In this document: piece by piece, positions 9,317-19,611 of the stretch
Position numbering within the stretch: the stretch's first letter is position 1
How the letters are laid out: each line of letters begins with the position of its first letter
DNA from: an uncultured Chloroflexia bacterium
Lineage (GTDB): Bacteria > Chloroflexota > Limnocylindria > Limnocylindrales > CSP1-4
Length of the DNA: 64,000 bases
Reading direction: 5' to 3'
Assembly: GCA_963748625.1 (NCBI GenBank)
Contig: CAVVJT010000010.1
Span: forward strand, 1-64,000
Made by a program: the position numbers and the translations under genes
Notes under the pieces: model-generated
What the model was told of the DNA's origin: nothing
What the model saw: only the letters and a program-made list of their open reading frames with translations
Database searches by the model: none

Positions 9317-10708
9317 CTACGAGGCGCGCGCGACGCGGCCCAGCGGCGCACGCCGGCGGTGACCGCCCTCGCGCTCCCAGGCGCCAATGATCGTGGCAGC
9401 GAGGCGCGCAGGGTCGTGGCGGTGGGCGTTTGCCGGGTCCACGACGTCATCGAGGACGAGGCGCGGCGGCTTGTCCACCTTGGGCGGCCAGCGGAGCCTG
9501 ACCGGCTCGCCCAGCCACCCCTCGGGCGGCGCGGCGTCGAGGCGGCTGTTGGCCACGACCACGTCCATGAGTCGACCCGCATCATGGGTCGCAAGGGCGT
9601 CGAGGTGGTCGGCGAGGTCGAATCCGCCGGTCTCGCCCACCTGCGTCGCGACGTTGCAGGCGAACACCACGAGCGCTCCGGATGCCGCAATGGCCTCCCG
9701 GATCCCGGGGACCAGGAGCGCCGGGAGGATGCTGGTGTAGAGGCTGCCCGGGCCGATGACGATCAGCTCGGCCTCGTCGATCGCCCGCAGGGCGTCATCG
9801 GTGGGGTGGACGTCATCGGGCGTGATCCAGACACGATCCACATCCGTGCAGCGCGCGACGCGGCTCTGGCCCTCGACCTCGGTCCCGTCGGCGAGGCGGG
9901 CGTGCAGCGTGAGCACGGTGCCGGTTGCCGGCACGACACGCCCGCGGACGGCGAGGACGCGGTTCATCTCGCGGACGCCTTCCTCGAAGTCACCGTGCTC
10001 AAGCTGGACCAGGGCGGCAAGGATCAGGTTGCCCAGGGCGTGGCCACCCACGCCATCGGCCAACGCCTCAGCATCGCGGGCGTTCGGCAGGCCCGGCTCC
10101 GGCCCGGGAGCCCGACCCGACATCGCGCCTTCGCCTGGGAAGCGGTACTGGAGCAGGCGGCCCATCAGGGGTTCGGCGTCGGCAAGGGCAACGATGCAGT
10201 TGCGGATGTCACCCACGGCCGGAATGCCGAGCTCGGCGCGCAGGACGCCCGACGAGCCACCGTCGTCGGCCACGGTCACCACCGCCGTGAGGTTCGAGGT
10301 GTGCTCCTTGAGGCCGCGGAGCAGTGCGGAGAGGCCGGTGCCGCCACCGATCGCGACCACGCGCGGCCCGCGCGCGAGGAACCGCTTCTGGTAGATGACC
10401 TCCACCATCGGCTGGTCCCGATCCCACAGGGCGAAGGGGTCCACCAGGGCGCGCACCAGGCGGTAGGCACCGTAGAGGAAGAGCGAGAGGCCGAGTGTCC
10501 CTGCGATGAGACCGCGGAGCTGGTACGGGAGGAACTGGAGCGTCAGGGCGTCGATGACCGTCCCGGCAATGCCATCAGGCTCGAACGAGGCTGTCGCCTG
10601 CCGGAGCAGGTGGGCGACACCGAGGGCCAGGACGAGCAGGCCGAGAAACGCGACGAGCAGCCACCGCTTGACGCCGATGCCGACGGTCAGCCAGCGGCGC
10701 AGGTTCAC
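9317..10708 (-). CDS. yvcK: YvcK/GlmR (CofD-like) UDP-GlcNAc-binding protein with N-terminal TM segments
   Basis: IGGGTGLS, VADDGGSSG, GHALGNL, GPGSLYTS. Confidence 0.92.
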   Translation of the reverse strand: MNLRRWLTVGIGVKRWLLVAFLGLLVLALGVAHLLRQATASFEPDGIAGTVIDALTLQFLPYQLRGLIAGTLGLSLFLYGAYRLVRALVDPFALWDRDQPMVEVIYQKRFLARGPRVVAIGGGTGLSALLRGLKEHTSNLTAVVTVADDGGSSGVLRAELGIPAVGDIRNCIVALADAEPLMGRLLQYRFPGEGAMSGRAPGPEPGLPNARDAEALADGVGGHALGNLILAALVQLEHGDFEEGVREMNRVLAVRGRVVPATGTVLTLHARLADGTEVEGQSRVARCTDVDRVWITPDDVHPTDDALRAIDEAELIVIGPGSLYTSILPALLVPGIREAIAASGALVVFACNVATQVGETGGFDLADHLDALATHDAGRLMDVVVANSRLDAAPPEGWLGEPVRLRWPPKVDKPPRLVLDDVVDPANAHRHDPARLAATIIGAWEREGGHRRRAPLGRVARAS

Positions 10709-11652
10709 CGCTCGAGCTCCCGATGGAACACCGAGACGGTGCCGAGGTCCTCCTCGCGCAGCCAGCTCGCGACCTCCTGGGCCATCACCACCGAGCGGTG
10801 GAAGCCGCCCGTGCAGCCAATCGCGATGGTGAGGCGCGTCTTGCCCTCCTCCACGTAGGCCGGAATGAGGAGGTCGAGCAGGCCCTTGAGGCGGGCGAGG
10901 AAGTCGGCGGCGATGGGCTGGGCCATCACGTACTCGCGGACGACCTCGGTCAGGCCGGAGTTGGGACGCAGCGCCTCGATGTAGTGCGGGTTCTTCATGA
11001 ACCGGACGTCCATGACCAGGTCCGCCTCGAGTGGCACGCCGAACTTGAAGCCGAAGCTGATGAGCTGGATCGCGAGGCGATCCGATCCCTGGACATCGCC
11101 GAGGCGCGCGAAGATCCGCTCGCGCAGCTCGCGGAGCGAGAGATCGCTGGTGTCGAGCACGACGTCGGCCTGGGCCCGGACGGAGTCCAGCATGGCGCGC
11201 TCGAGCTCGATGCTCGCGGCGATGCCCCGCTCGTCGGCGAGCGGGTGACGGTGGCGGGTCTCGGAGAAGCGACGGATCAGGACGTCGTCGCGGGCCTCGA
11301 GGAACATGATCACCGGGCGGATGCCGCGGCCCTCGAGCGCGCCGCGCATGGCGCCGAATGCGAGGGGGACATCGCCCGCCCGCACGTCCAGGACGATCGC
11401 GGTGCGTGCGTAGCGGACGGGCTCGGAGGCGACGAGATCCGCAAGGTCTCGGAGCAGCTCGCCGGGCAGGTTGTCCACCACGACGTAGCCGAGGTCCTCG
11501 AACAGCTTGGCGGCCGCGGTCTTGCCACCCCCCGACATACCGGTGAGGACGACCACATGCTGCTCAGGCTCGACGACAGCGGCGACCTCGAGCTCCTCGC
11601 CGGCCGGGCGGTCGGCGGGATCGAAGGCGCCGGATCGGGTTCCGCCGGTCAT
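10705..11652 (-). CDS. rapZ: RNase adapter RapZ (YvcJ) P-loop protein
   Basis: GMSGGGKT, DNLP, SFGFKFG, DVRF..NP, GCTGGFHRS. Confidence 0.95.
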   Translation of the reverse strand: MTGGTRSGAFDPADRPAGEELEVAAVVEPEQHVVVLTGMSGGGKTAAAKLFEDLGYVVVDNLPGELLRDLADLVASEPVRYARTAIVLDVRAGDVPLAFGAMRGALEGRGIRPVIMFLEARDDVLIRRFSETRHRHPLADERGIAASIELERAMLDSVRAQADVVLDTSDLSLRELRERIFARLGDVQGSDRLAIQLISFGFKFGVPLEADLVMDVRFMKNPHYIEALRPNSGLTEVVREYVMAQPIAADFLARLKGLLDLLIPAYVEEGKTRLTIAIGCTGGFHRSVVMAQEVASWLREEDLGTVSVFHRELER

Positions 11653-11671
11653 GCCGCCTCCCTCCGGAGGG

Positions 11672-12451
11672 TCACTTGCCGCTGCGCCTGATGAAGAACA
11701 CGGTCCCCTCGAACAGCACGTACATGGTGCCACCCATGGCGAGCATGCTCACCACGTCCTGGCCGGGCGTGATGAGGGCCGCGAAGATCGCGATCCCCAG
11801 GATGATCATCCGCCGCGAGCGGACCAGCATGGACGACGTCACGATCCCCACCCGCGACAGGCCGTACAGCAGGATCGGGAACTCGAGGATCAGGCCGAAC
11901 GCCAGGAACATGGTCGTGACGAAGTCGAAATAGGGCCCGGCGGCAAGGTTGCCCACCAGGATGTCGTCGGTGAAGCTGAGCAGGAACCCGACGGCGAACG
12001 GGAGCACGAAGTACGCGATCCCGACCCCGAGCGCGAAGAACACCAGGGCGAGCGGGATCCACGGGCGGACCATCCGCTGCTCCGGGGGCGTCAGGCCCGG
12101 CCGCACGAAGGACCACACCTGCCACAGGATCACGGGCATCGCCAGGATGATCCCGGTGATCACCGTGATCCGCAGGAAGATCATGAACGCGTCACCGGGG
12201 CCGAGCACCTGCACCTGCCCGGTGGGCAGCGGTCGGATCAGCAGGTCGCGGATGTCCTTCCAGAAGATCGCGCCGACGACGCTGCAGAGCGCGATGGCGA
12301 TCACGGACTTGACGAGGCGGTCGCGCAGCTCGGTGAGATGCCCCACGAGCGACATCTCGCCGGGCGAGGGCGTGGGGGTCTTCGCATCGGGCTCGGGATC
12401 AGCGGCGCGCACGGTCACGACGCCGTCCGTGACGGCCTCGGTATCGGCCAT
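11672..12451 (-). CDS. tatC: Twin-arginine translocase TatC
   Basis: MSLVGHLTELRDRL, FVRPGL, EFP, ITPGQD; multiple TMs. Confidence 0.95.
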   Translation of the reverse strand: MADTEAVTDGVVTVRAADPEPDAKTPTPSPGEMSLVGHLTELRDRLVKSVIAIALCSVVGAIFWKDIRDLLIRPLPTGQVQVLGPGDAFMIFLRITVITGIILAMPVILWQVWSFVRPGLTPPEQRMVRPWIPLALVFFALGVGIAYFVLPFAVGFLLSFTDDILVGNLAAGPYFDFVTTMFLAFGLILEFPILLYGLSRVGIVTSSMLVRSRRMIILGIAIFAALITPGQDVVSMLAMGGTMYVLFEGTVFFIRRSGK

Positions 12452-12481
12452 GGTCCTGGCGTCCGGAGGTTCCGGGGCGAC

Positions 12482-12858
12482 CTAGGCGGAGGGGGCGGCG
12501 GCTTCGTCAGCCACCGCCTCGCTGGCTTCGGCGGGCGGGGCGGCTTCGGCGGGCGCGGCGACGGCGACGGGCCGGCGGGCGCGGCGACGGCGACCGGGGC
12601 GGCGGCGAGGGCCGGCGGAACCGGGGCCGGAACGGGGGCTGCCGCAGGCGTGGGAGCGGGAGCGGGTGCCGTGTCGGCCTCGGAGGTCTTCACGGGCTCC
12701 AGGCTGGTGGTCTCCTTGACATCGGTAGCCGCCTTGCGGAACTCCCGGATGCTCTTGCCGAGCGCGGAGCCGACATCCGGAAGCTTGCCCGGCCCGACCA
12801 CGATCAGCGCGATGATCAGGACGACGATGAGCTCCAACGGTCCGATGTTGAACGGCAT
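12482..12858 (-). CDS. tatA: Twin-arginine translocase TatA with Ala/Pro tail (1-nt indel near 12572)
   Basis: MPFNIGPLELIVVLIIALIVVGPGKLPDVGSALGKSIREFRK; the tail resumes as APVAVAAPAEAA...SA-stop (TAG 12482) after a frameshift, otherwise it runs into tatC. Confidence 0.88.
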
Positions 12859-12907
12859 CTGCAGATCGACCTCGTGCGGAGGGCTCCTGGTGGCCCGAAC
12901 AGCGGCG

Positions 12908-13786
12908 TCAGGGTAGCACAGCGAGGCGCCGGGCCCACGTGGCGGCGGCGGCCGCGATCCGCTCCGCGGGATCGCTTGCGGGACCCTCGGCAGCGGGACT
13001 GATGGCGGCGCCCGAGATGCCACGCGACACGTTGACGAGGAGCCCGCCGCCTGCGCCGACGGCCGCCGCGCCGGCCGTCGCAGGACCCGACGCGAGCACC
13101 GGGTCGACCTCGCCGCCCTGCGCCCCGACCCCCGGCACGAGGAATGCCAGGCCCGGCGCGACCATGCGGATCGCAGCCAGCTCGGCGGGCGCGGTGGCGC
13201 CCACCACGAGGCCCACCGTGCCGCCCGGACCCCACGTGGACGCCCGGCGCGCGACACGGGCGTAGAGCGGCTCGGCTGGATGGCCAGCGGTGGCGTCCGC
13301 CGCCACCTCGAGCCCCTGGAGCTCGGCGGCGCCCGGGTTGGAGGTCCGGCACAGCACGTAGGCGAAGCGGTCACCGCGCTCAAGGAGCGTAGCGATCGCC
13401 TCTTCACCGAGGTACGGGTTCACGGTGACGGCGTCCGCGCCGAGCACGTCGAACAGCGCGACCGCCTGCTTCGCCGCCGTCGTGCCGATGTCGCCCCGCT
13501 TCGCGTCAGCGATGAACGGGACATCGGCCGGCACAAGGGCGCGCAGCCGCTCGAGAGCCGCCACGCCCGGGGCGCCATGGGCCTCGAAGAACGCGAGGTT
13601 GGGCTTCACGGCTGCCGCATACGGAAGGGCGGCCTGCAGCAGCAGGCGGGCGAACCGCTCCACCCCGTCCAGCGTTGGCGCGAAGCCAGTCGGCAGGCTC
13701 GCCGGATCAGGGTCGATCCCGAGGCACAGCACGGTGCTCGTCGCGGCGGTGCGGGCCGCAAGACGCTCGAGGTATGACGCCGTCAC
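12908..13786 (-). CDS. pyrF: Orotidine-5'-phosphate decarboxylase (type 2)
   Basis: LCLGIDP, KPNLAFFE, DAKRGDIGTT, RTSNPG, VVGAT, PGVGAQG, NVSRGI. Confidence 0.95.
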   Translation of the reverse strand: MTASYLERLAARTAATSTVLCLGIDPDPASLPTGFAPTLDGVERFARLLLQAALPYAAAVKPNLAFFEAHGAPGVAALERLRALVPADVPFIADAKRGDIGTTAAKQAVALFDVLGADAVTVNPYLGEEAIATLLERGDRFAYVLCRTSNPGAAELQGLEVAADATAGHPAEPLYARVARRASTWGPGGTVGLVVGATAPAELAAIRMVAPGLAFLVPGVGAQGGEVDPVLASGPATAGAAAVGAGGGLLVNVSRGISGAAISPAAEGPASDPAERIAAAAATWARRLAVLP

Positions 13787-15021
13787 GGGGTGGCCGACGC
13801 CGACGGGGCAGGCGTTGGCTGCGGGCGCTCGTCCGGGGCAACCCACCAGTCGGGCACTGACACGCTGTCGAGCCCGGCGGCGCTCGTGAGGTCGATCGCC
13901 TCGGAGACGGTCCATGTGGGCGCGGACCCGTCAAGCTGGACCATGCGCAGGTCCACCACCTGGCCCTCGATGTGCAGGAAGGCGATCTGGTTGCCCGCCT
14001 GGGACCAGGTGGGTCCCCAGCTCTTGCCGTCGTCGGTCAGGCGCTTGACCTCCGACCCCGTGGCGGCATCGAGGATCACGACATCGGTCCCGTACTGGCC
14101 GGTCTTCGTCACCGCCATGTACCGCCCGTCGGGCGACCAGGACGGATGCAGGTAGCCGGGGCCGGTGGCCGCGCGTGACTTCCCGGTCTCGGTGTTGTAG
14201 AGGTAGATGCGCGGCGTCCCCTTGGCCCCATCCCGATCGTTGTAGACGTACGCGAGGCGGAGTCCATCCGGTCGCCAGGCCGCGTCCTGGTGGCCCAGCG
14301 GCGCAACCTGCGCCATCTTGAGGTCCTTGACCTTGGAGGTCTTCAGGTCCAGGAGCTTGAGCGTCACGTCCGACGTGGTGGGATCAGGGAGGTCGGTCGT
14401 CATCGCGATCGTGCGCCCGTTCGGAGACACGTCCGGGGCCTGGATGAAGCCCATCCACTTGAGGGAGCCCGGCGGATCCACCAGGCCGTCGAAGATGCGC
14501 TTGGCCTCACCGCCCTCGAGCGGGATCACCATGAGGGCCGGCACGTCCATGTTGTAGTCCCGCACGGTGCCGTTGACGCTCCACCTGCCATCCGCCTCGC
14601 GGGTGCGGACGAAGTAGACCGCGGTGCCGTCCTCGTTGAAGGAGGGCATCGAGTCGTTGCCGTTGCTCGTGAGCTGCCTGGCGTCGCCGTCCTTCTGGAT
14701 CCAGATGTTGCCGTCCTTCGCATACACCAGCGTCCCAGCGACCGTGATACCGGGGGCCTCCGGCGTCGGCACGACGACGATGTTCGACGGCGTGGGCGTC
14801 CGCGCGACCTCGGGCTGGCTGGTGGACCCGGGCTCGCCTCCCCCGCCGTCCCCGCCGCCGATTCCGAATGGCAGGTCGCCGTTGAGGAGCGACAGCGACA
14901 CCACGAGGATGAGCAGCAGGCCCGCGACGGAGATGATCGCCGCGAGGGGGGTGCCCTTCGGCAGCAGGCCGTACGGATCCTTGCTGGGCGCCCGGCGCGG
15001 CGGGCGGGGAGCGCTGGTCAT
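13783..15021 (-). CDS. Membrane-anchored TolB-like (PD40) beta-propeller protein
   Basis: TM helix, PT-rich linker, repeats PSWSPDG / WRPDG / PTWSQAG. Confidence 0.82.
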   Translation of the reverse strand: MTSAPRPPRRAPSKDPYGLLPKGTPLAAIISVAGLLLILVVSLSLLNGDLPFGIGGGDGGGGEPGSTSQPEVARTPTPSNIVVVPTPEAPGITVAGTLVYAKDGNIWIQKDGDARQLTSNGNDSMPSFNEDGTAVYFVRTREADGRWSVNGTVRDYNMDVPALMVIPLEGGEAKRIFDGLVDPPGSLKWMGFIQAPDVSPNGRTIAMTTDLPDPTTSDVTLKLLDLKTSKVKDLKMAQVAPLGHQDAAWRPDGLRLAYVYNDRDGAKGTPRIYLYNTETGKSRAATGPGYLHPSWSPDGRYMAVTKTGQYGTDVVILDAATGSEVKRLTDDGKSWGPTWSQAGNQIAFLHIEGQVVDLRMVQLDGSAPTWTVSEAIDLTSAAGLDSVSVPDWWVAPDERPQPTPAPSASATP

Positions 15022-16895
15022 GCGGGGCCTCCGGGAGCGGCACCGGCGAGGGCCGGACCGGCGTTGATGCCGGCCATGCCGGCGGCGTGCTCCAGGACCT
15101 CGCGGGCCCGCGGATGCGAGCCTGACGGGGCGACATCACGGACCTCGAGCTGGAGCGTCTCGAGGCCGCCGAAGGTTCGACTGGCAAGGCGGGCGACCAC
15201 GTCCACGCGGTCTCCCTCGACAAGCCCGGTGGCCAGGTCCGACCGGCCGAAGGCGATGCCGTCAAGCACGTCGCGCTCGCGACGCAGGACAAGCTGGGTG
15301 TGGCCGCCGCTCGCGGCTCGGACACGCTGCACGGTCAGCCCGAGGACGGCGACGAGTGGTTCGGGGTTCCCGGTGCCGCACGGGGCGAGCCGGGCGAGGT
15401 CACGATACAGCGCGTAGTCCACGTAGGCCGCGGGCAGGGCGAGGTCCACCGCCAACGGAGTGCGGACATCCTCGGGCGCCTCCCGGGCGGCAAGATCCAG
15501 GAACCGGGCGACGAAGGAGTCCCAGCGCTCGACCGGAAGCTCGAAGCCGGCCGCCGCCGCATGTCCGCCGAAGCGGATGAAGAGATCTCCGCACGCGGTC
15601 AGGGTCTCCGCGAGGTTCAGGCGTCCGTCGCTCCGGCACGAGGCCCGGATGACGTCACCGATGCGGGTGCCCACGACCGCAGGCCGTCCCGTCTCGTCCG
15701 CCAGACGGCCGGCGACGAGCCCGATGATCCCCACGCTCCAGGGCCCATGGACCAGGACGGCCGGGGCATCGGGAGACCCGCCGATGACGATCTCCGCCGA
15801 TTCGGCGATCGCGTCGGCAAGCAGCGCCTGCTGACCGGGGGCCAGCCCCGGTGCGCCCAGGCCGATCGCACCACGCGCCTGCTCGATCGCGACCTTCATC
15901 AGCTCCCGGCGGGTGGAGTTCGCAGACTCGAGCGTCGCCGCCAGCTCTGCTGCCTCCGCCGGCGTGGCGGCGAGCAGGAGACGGGCGGCATCGAGCGCCT
16001 CCCCCACCCGACCGGCGGCGTTGAGCCGCGGAGCGATGCTGAAGCCGACCGTCTCGAGGTCGGTGCGGGCAGGGTCCACGCCTGCCTTCGCGAGGAGCGC
16101 GGCAATGCCCGGCCGCGGCGCGCGGCGCATGCGCTCCAGGCCGAGGCGGGCGATGGCCCGGTTCTCGCCAAGGATCGGGGCGACATCGGCCACCGTCCCG
16201 ATCGTGGCGAGATCCGCGAGCTCAAGGGCCTCTGCCTCTGTGGCATCGAGTGCGCCGAACAGGAGGCGGGCCACGGTGAAGGCGACGCCGCTGCCCGACA
16301 GCTCCGGGTCCGGGTAGACCGAGTCGGCGCGGTGGGGATTGACGATGGCAACGGCCGCGGGCAGGACCTCGGGCAGGTGGTGGTGGTCGGTGACGATCAC
16401 GTCGATCCCCACCAGGCCAGCCGCAGCGACCTCGGCGACACTCGAGGAGCCCGTGTCCACCGTGATGACCAGCGTGATCCCGCCGGCCTGCGCGGCGTCA
16501 ACCGCGGCCAGCGAGAGCCCATGCCCCTCCTCTAGGCGCGAGGGTACGTACGGCTCCGCGTCCAGCCCGAGACGGCGCAGCGCGAGGACCAGCTGGGCGA
16601 GCCCGGTGAGGCCGTCCGCATCGAAGTCCCCGAAGACCATCACCCGCTCCCCGCGCTGCTGCGCGAGGGCGACACGCGCCACAAGCGCGTCTGCGTCGGG
16701 GAGGAGCCGCGGGTCATTGAGACCGGCGACAGCGGGGCCGAGGAAGGCGCCGAGGCGGGCCGCTCCAGAGATCCCGCGGCGCGCGAGCACTGTTGCAGCG
16801 ACGGTGCCCAGGCCGTGGACGCGCGCCGCCTCCCGCTCCTCTGGCTCGAGCCGGAGGGGATCGGGGAAGATCCAGCGGTGCCGTGCGTCCATCAT
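15018..16895 (-). CDS. recJ: ssDNA-specific exonuclease RecJ
   Basis: GDFDADG, TVDTG, TDHH, GTVADV, PRLNAAGR, FGGHAAAAG. Confidence 0.95.
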   Translation of the reverse strand: MMDARHRWIFPDPLRLEPEEREAARVHGLGTVAATVLARRGISGAARLGAFLGPAVAGLNDPRLLPDADALVARVALAQQRGERVMVFGDFDADGLTGLAQLVLALRRLGLDAEPYVPSRLEEGHGLSLAAVDAAQAGGITLVITVDTGSSSVAEVAAAGLVGIDVIVTDHHHLPEVLPAAVAIVNPHRADSVYPDPELSGSGVAFTVARLLFGALDATEAEALELADLATIGTVADVAPILGENRAIARLGLERMRRAPRPGIAALLAKAGVDPARTDLETVGFSIAPRLNAAGRVGEALDAARLLLAATPAEAAELAATLESANSTRRELMKVAIEQARGAIGLGAPGLAPGQQALLADAIAESAEIVIGGSPDAPAVLVHGPWSVGIIGLVAGRLADETGRPAVVGTRIGDVIRASCRSDGRLNLAETLTACGDLFIRFGGHAAAAGFELPVERWDSFVARFLDLAAREAPEDVRTPLAVDLALPAAYVDYALYRDLARLAPCGTGNPEPLVAVLGLTVQRVRAASGGHTQLVLRRERDVLDGIAFGRSDLATGLVEGDRVDVVARLASRTFGGLETLQLEVRDVAPSGSHPRAREVLEHAAGMAGINAGPALAGAAPGGPA

Positions 16896-16972
16896 CGGGC
16901 GGAGAATGCCACGGACCGCTTACGCGCGGATTGCGCAGCGTCCACGGGTCCCGGCAGGCACCGGGCCCAGGG

Positions 16973-18154
16973 TCACGTGGTCGCGCGGCGGCTCGGGCGG
17001 GCCGGCTGCTCCGCGAGGCGCTTCTTGTCGTCCCGCAGGTGCCAGACGACGAGCAGCGGGCTCGCATTGAAGATCGACGAGTACGTGCCCGAGATGATGC
17101 CGATGAGGAGCGCCAGCACGAACGTTCCGATGGCCTCGCCCGCGAACAGCAGCATCGCGAGCAGCGCGATCATGACGGTGAAGCTCGTGGTGATCGACCG
17201 GCCGAACGTCTGGAGGATCGAGTGGTTCACGATCCGGTCGAAGGGCTCGCCGGCATGGCGGGCGCGGTTCTCGCGGACCCGGTCGAAGACGACGATCGTG
17301 TCGTGGACCGAGAAGCCGATGATGGTCAGCATCGCGGTGACGAACAGGCCGTCCACGAGCACGCCCGCGAACGTTCCCAGGATCGCGAAGATGCCGACGA
17401 CGACGATCACGTCGTGCAGGAGGGCTGCCAGCGCCGTGACGCCCATGCGGAAGTCGCGGAAGCGGTAGGTGATCCAGAGCATGATCCCGATCGACCCGAA
17501 CAGGATCAGCGTGAGCGCCTGGGTGATGAGGTCCGACGAGACGACGGCACCGACCGCGGACAGTGACGCCTGCTCGGCAATCGGGCCCAGCTCATCCTCG
17601 AGCGCGAACCGGAGCTCGCCCAGCTTGCCCTCGGTGGGCAGCTGCACCTGGCCCGGCGCGACGGTGGGCGCAGGCGACGGCGACGCGCTCGGGGCTGTCG
17701 AAGCGGAGGCACTGGGAGCTGCGGACGGCGCAGCGGACGCGGCGGCACTGGCCGCCGGCGACGCCGACGCGCCACCCGCGGTGGCCGTCGCGGGCGAGCC
17801 GGACGGGGTGACGGCGGCCGATGCGGAGGGTGCCGGGGTCGGGATCGGCGTGGGTGACGGCGCCGGGGCCGCGAGCGCGGCCTCCTTGGTGCGGATGTCG
17901 ATGAAGCCCTCACCGGTCTTGGTGACGTTGGACTCGTAGCCCTGCTCCTGGACGATCGCCTGCACCTGTGCCGGCGTGACGTTCGGGTCCTCGAAGCGGA
18001 TGGTCCAGACCGTGCCGCCGGTGAAGTCGATGGCGAACTGGAGGCCGACCTTGCCGCCGGTGATCGGGCCGAGCAGGATGAAGATCAGGCCCGGGATCAT
18101 GATGGCAAGGGAGAACGCGAAGAAGTACCTGCGCTTCCCGATGATGTCAAACAC
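16973..18154 (-). CDS. secF: Protein translocase subunit SecF
   Basis: IDFTGG, LHDV, GFSVHDTIVVFDRVREN, GTYSSIF. Confidence 0.95.
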   Translation of the reverse strand: MFDIIGKRRYFFAFSLAIMIPGLIFILLGPITGGKVGLQFAIDFTGGTVWTIRFEDPNVTPAQVQAIVQEQGYESNVTKTGEGFIDIRTKEAALAAPAPSPTPIPTPAPSASAAVTPSGSPATATAGGASASPAASAAASAAPSAAPSASASTAPSASPSPAPTVAPGQVQLPTEGKLGELRFALEDELGPIAEQASLSAVGAVVSSDLITQALTLILFGSIGIMLWITYRFRDFRMGVTALAALLHDVIVVVGIFAILGTFAGVLVDGLFVTAMLTIIGFSVHDTIVVFDRVRENRARHAGEPFDRIVNHSILQTFGRSITTSFTVMIALLAMLLFAGEAIGTFVLALLIGIISGTYSSIFNASPLLVVWHLRDDKKRLAEQPARPSRRATT

Positions 18155-19538
18155 GCCCGCGCGCCTCGCCTCGTGTGGCGCCGCGGCCGGTGGTCGGGCG
18201 GGCCAGGAACTCCTCCTCGGTCACCCCGAAGAGGGATGCCTTGCGGGCCCAGTCCTTGGTGACGACCCAGCGCAGCATCGTCCGGGTCACCGTCACGGCG
18301 GTGAACATGGAGACGAGCACGCCGATGATCAGCACGAGACCGAAGCCGCGGATCGTCGACGACCCGAACAGGAACAGGATGGTGGCGGTGATGAGGCTCG
18401 ACACATTCGAGTCGAGGATCGAGTTCCAGGCCCGGTTGAAGCCTGCCTCGACCGCTGCCGGCAGCGTCTTGCCGACCCGCAGCTCCTCCTTGGTCCGCTC
18501 GAAGATCAGGATGTTGGCGTCAACCGCCATGCCGACCGAGAGGACGAAGCCCGCGATCCCGGCCAGGGTCATGGTGACCGGGACCAGCCGGAAGATGGCC
18601 AGCACCACGATCGAGTAGTAGAGGAGGGCGCCGCTGGCCACGAGGCCGGGCAGCCGGTACTGCACGATCATGAAGATGACGACGAGGATGACCGCCACGA
18701 TGCCCGCGAGCAGGCTCTGGCGGAGGAACGCGTCGCCCAGGGTGGGGCTGACGCTCGTGTTGGCGAGCTCCTGGATGGGGAACGGCAGCTGGCCGAACTG
18801 CAGGATGGTGACCAGGCTCGTGGCTTCGGCCAGCGGGTAGCCGCCGATCCCGCCCTGGCTGATCTGGACCTGACCGCCGGGGATCGCCTCGTTGATCGTG
18901 GGAGCGCTGATCACCTTGCCATCGAGCACGATGGCGAAGAAGTCGTTCACATGGGACGCGGTGTACGCCGCGAACTTGTCCCGGCCCTGGTCCTTGAGGG
19001 TGAAGTCCACCGTGCGCCGGCCCGTCTCATCCGCGCCGATGGTGGCGGCGGAGAGCTGGTCACCGGAGAAGAGCACGCAGTTGACGGTGACGGTGTCCGA
19101 ACAGGCCGTGGAGATCCACGCCGGGTCAAGCACCTGGCCCGCGCCCGCACCGGTCTGGCCGAGCGGCACGAAGTCCAGCCGGCCCGTGGTGCCGACGAGC
19201 TCGCGGATCTGGTCGGGGTTCTGGACACCGGGCATCTCGACGATGATCCGGTCGGTGCCCTGGGTGACCACCAGCGGCTCAGCGACGCCCGAGGCGTCAA
19301 CACGGTTGGTGATGATCGACTTGACGATGTCAAGGTCGCCCCGGGTGGGCACCTTGCCCTCCGCCGGAAGCACCTGGTACTCGATCCGGAGGCCGCCGGA
19401 CAGATCGAGACCCAACTTGGTCTCGATCGTCCTCGGCTCGCTCGACGACCCGAGACTCGGCAGAGTCAGCGGCACGAAGGAGACGATGAGGGCGAGAACG
19501 CCTATGACGACAATCAGGATCGGTACGGCTCGACGCAT
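18147..19538 (-). CDS. secD: Protein translocase subunit SecD
   Basis: LGLDLSGG, AIVLDG..ISAP, VGMAVDANILIFER, ILDSNVS. Confidence 0.95.
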   Translation of the reverse strand: MRRAVPILIVVIGVLALIVSFVPLTLPSLGSSSEPRTIETKLGLDLSGGLRIEYQVLPAEGKVPTRGDLDIVKSIITNRVDASGVAEPLVVTQGTDRIIVEMPGVQNPDQIRELVGTTGRLDFVPLGQTGAGAGQVLDPAWISTACSDTVTVNCVLFSGDQLSAATIGADETGRRTVDFTLKDQGRDKFAAYTASHVNDFFAIVLDGKVISAPTINEAIPGGQVQISQGGIGGYPLAEATSLVTILQFGQLPFPIQELANTSVSPTLGDAFLRQSLLAGIVAVILVVIFMIVQYRLPGLVASGALLYYSIVVLAIFRLVPVTMTLAGIAGFVLSVGMAVDANILIFERTKEELRVGKTLPAAVEAGFNRAWNSILDSNVSSLITATILFLFGSSTIRGFGLVLIIGVLVSMFTAVTVTRTMLRWVVTKDWARKASLFGVTEEEFLARPTTGRGATRGEARGRV

Positions 19539-19611
19539 CGGGGCGGGATGATACAGGGGACTCGCCGTCCGTGCGCGGGGCCGTGCGGCCTGCCTCGGCC
19601 GGGACCTTTCG

